From Tubulanus polymorphus (taxonomy: Eukaryota > Animalia > Nemertea), in assembly GCF_964204645.1 (NCBI RefSeq), contig NC_134026.1, forward strand, positions 23,284,150 through 23,348,149: a stretch of DNA of 64,000 bases. Direction: 5' to 3'. The first letter of the stretch is position 1, and each line of letters begins with the position of its first letter. Of this stretch, positions 61,092 through 64,000 are shown one piece after another. Position numbers and translations under genes: made by a program. A model generated the notes under the pieces. It saw only the letters and a list, made by a program, of their open reading frames with translations, was not told the origin of the DNA and ran no database searches.

Positions 61092-64000
61092 TTTATTGAA
61101 CAATGGATTAATTGTATGTAATATTTTGATCATACTATGAAGGATGCAAACAGCAGTACACATACATGCATATTAACCTGAACATCAGGTAGGTCCAATT
61201 GCACACAGAACCTGACAAGCTTCAAAAATCCCATTCCTACACATGCCATTTGGTTTTACATTAAAATGAAGTTAGATTTTTTACCCATGAATTTTATGAA
61301 TAATAAATGCCACTTCCTTAGGAAATATACAGCATTGTACACTTATGGATATTTAATTCACATTTCTACAACCACTGAGGAGGAGGATTATCGTGATTCT
61401 ACAACCACGATTACAGTAGATAGTTTTCTTAATGGATGCATGTTCGCTTTTCATCATAGAGACAGGAACACTTTGCCGGAAGAGGTGTTGGAATTCAGCA
61501 TCATAGATATAAGCCGCATTCACACGAAGACGATTTGGCCCGGGCCAAATTGGCATGGATCAGGCCCTAGTCAAATTTGACACATGCCTATTAGTTGGAG
61601 AGCATGTTCACTCTCAAACCACTCACTCACTATTTAACAACATTTGAACTAGCGAACCAGTTGCAATTTACATGAAATAATTTGACCCGTGCTACAATTT
61701 GGTCCGAGCCTGGTCAGACGTTTTCGGCCGGGGTAAATTTGGCCCAGCCCCAGTCCTATTTGGCACACGTTTGATGAGTTGTTCCAGGCCAAAATCGGTC
61801 ATGTGATCGCGGCTTTAGGGAGTTAAGGATTCAAGTTGATGGTTTCCGAACATGAACATGTAACCCAAGTCTCTACAGGCTAACCTATTAGTAAGATTTG
61901 TTAAACAATAAAGCCTTAAATTAAGCTGTTGAATTTCATTGATATATAATTTAAGAGTTTTTGTATTTATACTTAATAATTTATTTTTCACAAATAAATA
62001 ACATTGCCTGCATTAAGGAGACATAATTGATAAAACAATTCCATGTTTCAGTAATGGCCTGGCATAATGTAGATTCAGCAGTAGATAATATTTACACTTG
62101 AATGATAAAATAATTTTCATGTCTGCTTTTTTAAACAATAAAATCATCTTCGAAGAACTGCATATCGTTGGTTGAATTAGTGGACATATTCAGAAATTGC
62201 ACCATTGCATCAGGAAAAACTCCTAAATTGTTTGTATCAAGGTGACAAATTAGAGAAGTGTATTCACAGATTCCAAATTTCAGTTCTATCAGTGTCCCTG
62301 AAGAGATTTTCATAAATTCAAATCTAAATGCATAGACTACATAACTCAACAACTTGCTTAATAAACTGCGACAAAAATCAGCAAAAGCGTCATCCACACA
62401 AACATTTTGCATATATATATCAAAATCACAAAAATTTCTTTCCCTTCCACTTGTTTACCAGGGATACCCTGCACAACACCATTGCATATCCGTACATTGA
62501 GCAGTGAATCCCTGGAAAATGCAGTCATTCTTCAACATTTCTATCCACCTACAACAAAGTTTTCATCCAATAACAAAACATTTCATTGATATTACGTACA
62601 TCTATTTCTAATTTCCACAAGCTACTGTCCAAACATTATATTCAAATAATATATTAGATCTATGTACATATATTCACATAATATATGTTATATGATTGGA
62701 CTAAACAGTTACTTTGTATTTACATTATCCTATGAAAAAAATTATGCAAAAATAAATCCCCTCGGAGGGTTTATCAGTCACTGGGACCAGTAAATTACAA
62801 TAATTAAACTTTCTGTTTATCTCGATATCAAACTAACTTGAATGATTGATGCTTCATCATTTCAGCCAACCAAGACAGTTATAAGTATTGATGCTAAAAA
62901 TATGATGATGCATGAAGAATATAAGCATGTACAAAATGTATCCCTGAGAGTAAATGATAAAACGATGGCTTAGCAACAAATATGTTTTTGCTTGTAAAAA
63001 TAGAGAAACCTGGCCACAATCTAATCATTCTCAACTCGGCTCTCAGTGCGCATTTTAATGGCTGCTTCATTAGCAATTTCAGAGCCAGAAATGGAAAACA
63101 GGTACAAAAATTCAGCATTAATGGAAGAACTACACAATAAGTATGTACATAGTACTGGTAGGCTTACATTTATGTGCGCTAGTTGACATAATTAAACGAT
63201 ACTGATATTTCAGTGACCATAAAGCAGTTAATATTCCCAAATTTAATGGCAACTTCTCTGCTGCTAGTAAACTTCACTTAAGTATTGCAAAAGTCTCTCT
63301 TGTAACCAAGTATAAGGCTAACACCCTAAATGCACTTGAACATCTTGAAAAATTTACGTAATTACATAAATGCATCATCCTTTTGACTGAATTCCAATCC
63401 ACTGACCTGAATACCTACCTGGTAATTAATCATACAATCAAAATCTGAATTGGAATAACCAGTGACACATTGAATACAAATAAAACATATTCTGAAGATT
63501 TATAATTCTGGTAGTTGAATATTGGGAAATTTTTACCAAGCTGTTTAATATGTATACACATATGAATTTTCCCATACTACAAATATGTCAAGCTCATTGA
63601 CATCAAGCACTTAAGGTGTTTTAAAATGTACAATGATGATAGTGTTTGTTGCTTGTCTCTGCATTGTATCCATGTTTCATAGTCTATCTACATCTCTGGT
63701 CACACAACACTTTCTGGATCATATTTGTCACAAGCTGCCAAAGGCATTGTCATACATTCACCTTAAAAAGATTTATGGAAGATTAGAAATGGTAAATCAT
63801 GCACAAATTACAAACAAAAATGTACATACTCTCAACAATTAAATACAGGATTTGAAAACATACCTGTCACCGGTGCATAGACCACTACTGAATGTTTATT
63901 ACTGTCCATCTCATCGGATTTACAGGCTTTCTCTACATCATAATCATAGAGTCTGTTTGTGCATTTCACACGCTCATCATACACGTCTAATTTGCGACCA
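61092..64000 (-). other. Probable long 3'UTR of a minus-strand gene lying beyond the window
   Basis: No credible exons. Minus-strand AATAAA (tttatt) at ~61092, and a UTR-like composition rich in TGTA and T-tracts on the minus strand. Confidence 0.3.
61512..61814. mobile_element. PIF/Harbinger-like MITE
   Basis: Ends AGCCGCATTCACACGAAGACGATTTGGCC ... GGCCAAAATCGGTCATGTGATCGCGGCT with ATA/TTA 3-bp flanks. GC-richer than its surroundings, with internal GGCC-rich symmetry. Confidence 0.6.

Noticed and set aside
61266-63842. Short ORFs at the right end of the window
   Set aside because: They overlap a MITE or UTR-like AT-rich sequence and show no consistent splice structure or motifs.

Overview
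AT-rich, gene-dense genomic DNA from an invertebrate animal with short spliceosomal introns (probably a spiralian/lophotrochozoan; the species cannot be determined from sequence alone). Genes reconstructed exon by exon: an orphan single-exon ORF (-); a ~1230-aa nuclear protein with an N-terminal CXXC zinc finger (missed by the ORF track), AT-hooks and a C-terminal RPA1-C-like zinc-ribbon region (+); a Cys-less pentameric ligand-gated ion channel with no evident signal peptide (-); a divergent SLC22 transporter with a long Glu-rich 18-aa repeat tail (+); TMEM230 (+) with a candidate second first exon; CFAP206 (-); PDCD11/RRP5 (-) with a BTB gene nested in one intron; ENO4 (+); FAHD2 (-); NLE1 (+); and three paralogous ~5-TM proteins (-) with single-exon CDSs, two of them nested inside one NLE1 intron. 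The most notable observations are: (1) the 5-TM trio resembles half an XK-family scramblase fused to a glycosylated ectodomain; (2) PDCD11 has an internal duplication of a multi-exon block in which both copies keep a U12-type intron; (3) the CXXC + AT-hook + RPA-C-like architecture; (4) a TIR element present twice that carries TTAGGG-like repeats and a tRNA-derived Pol III promoter. Several MITEs are also present. All homology calls come from motif recognition by eye; no searches were run.
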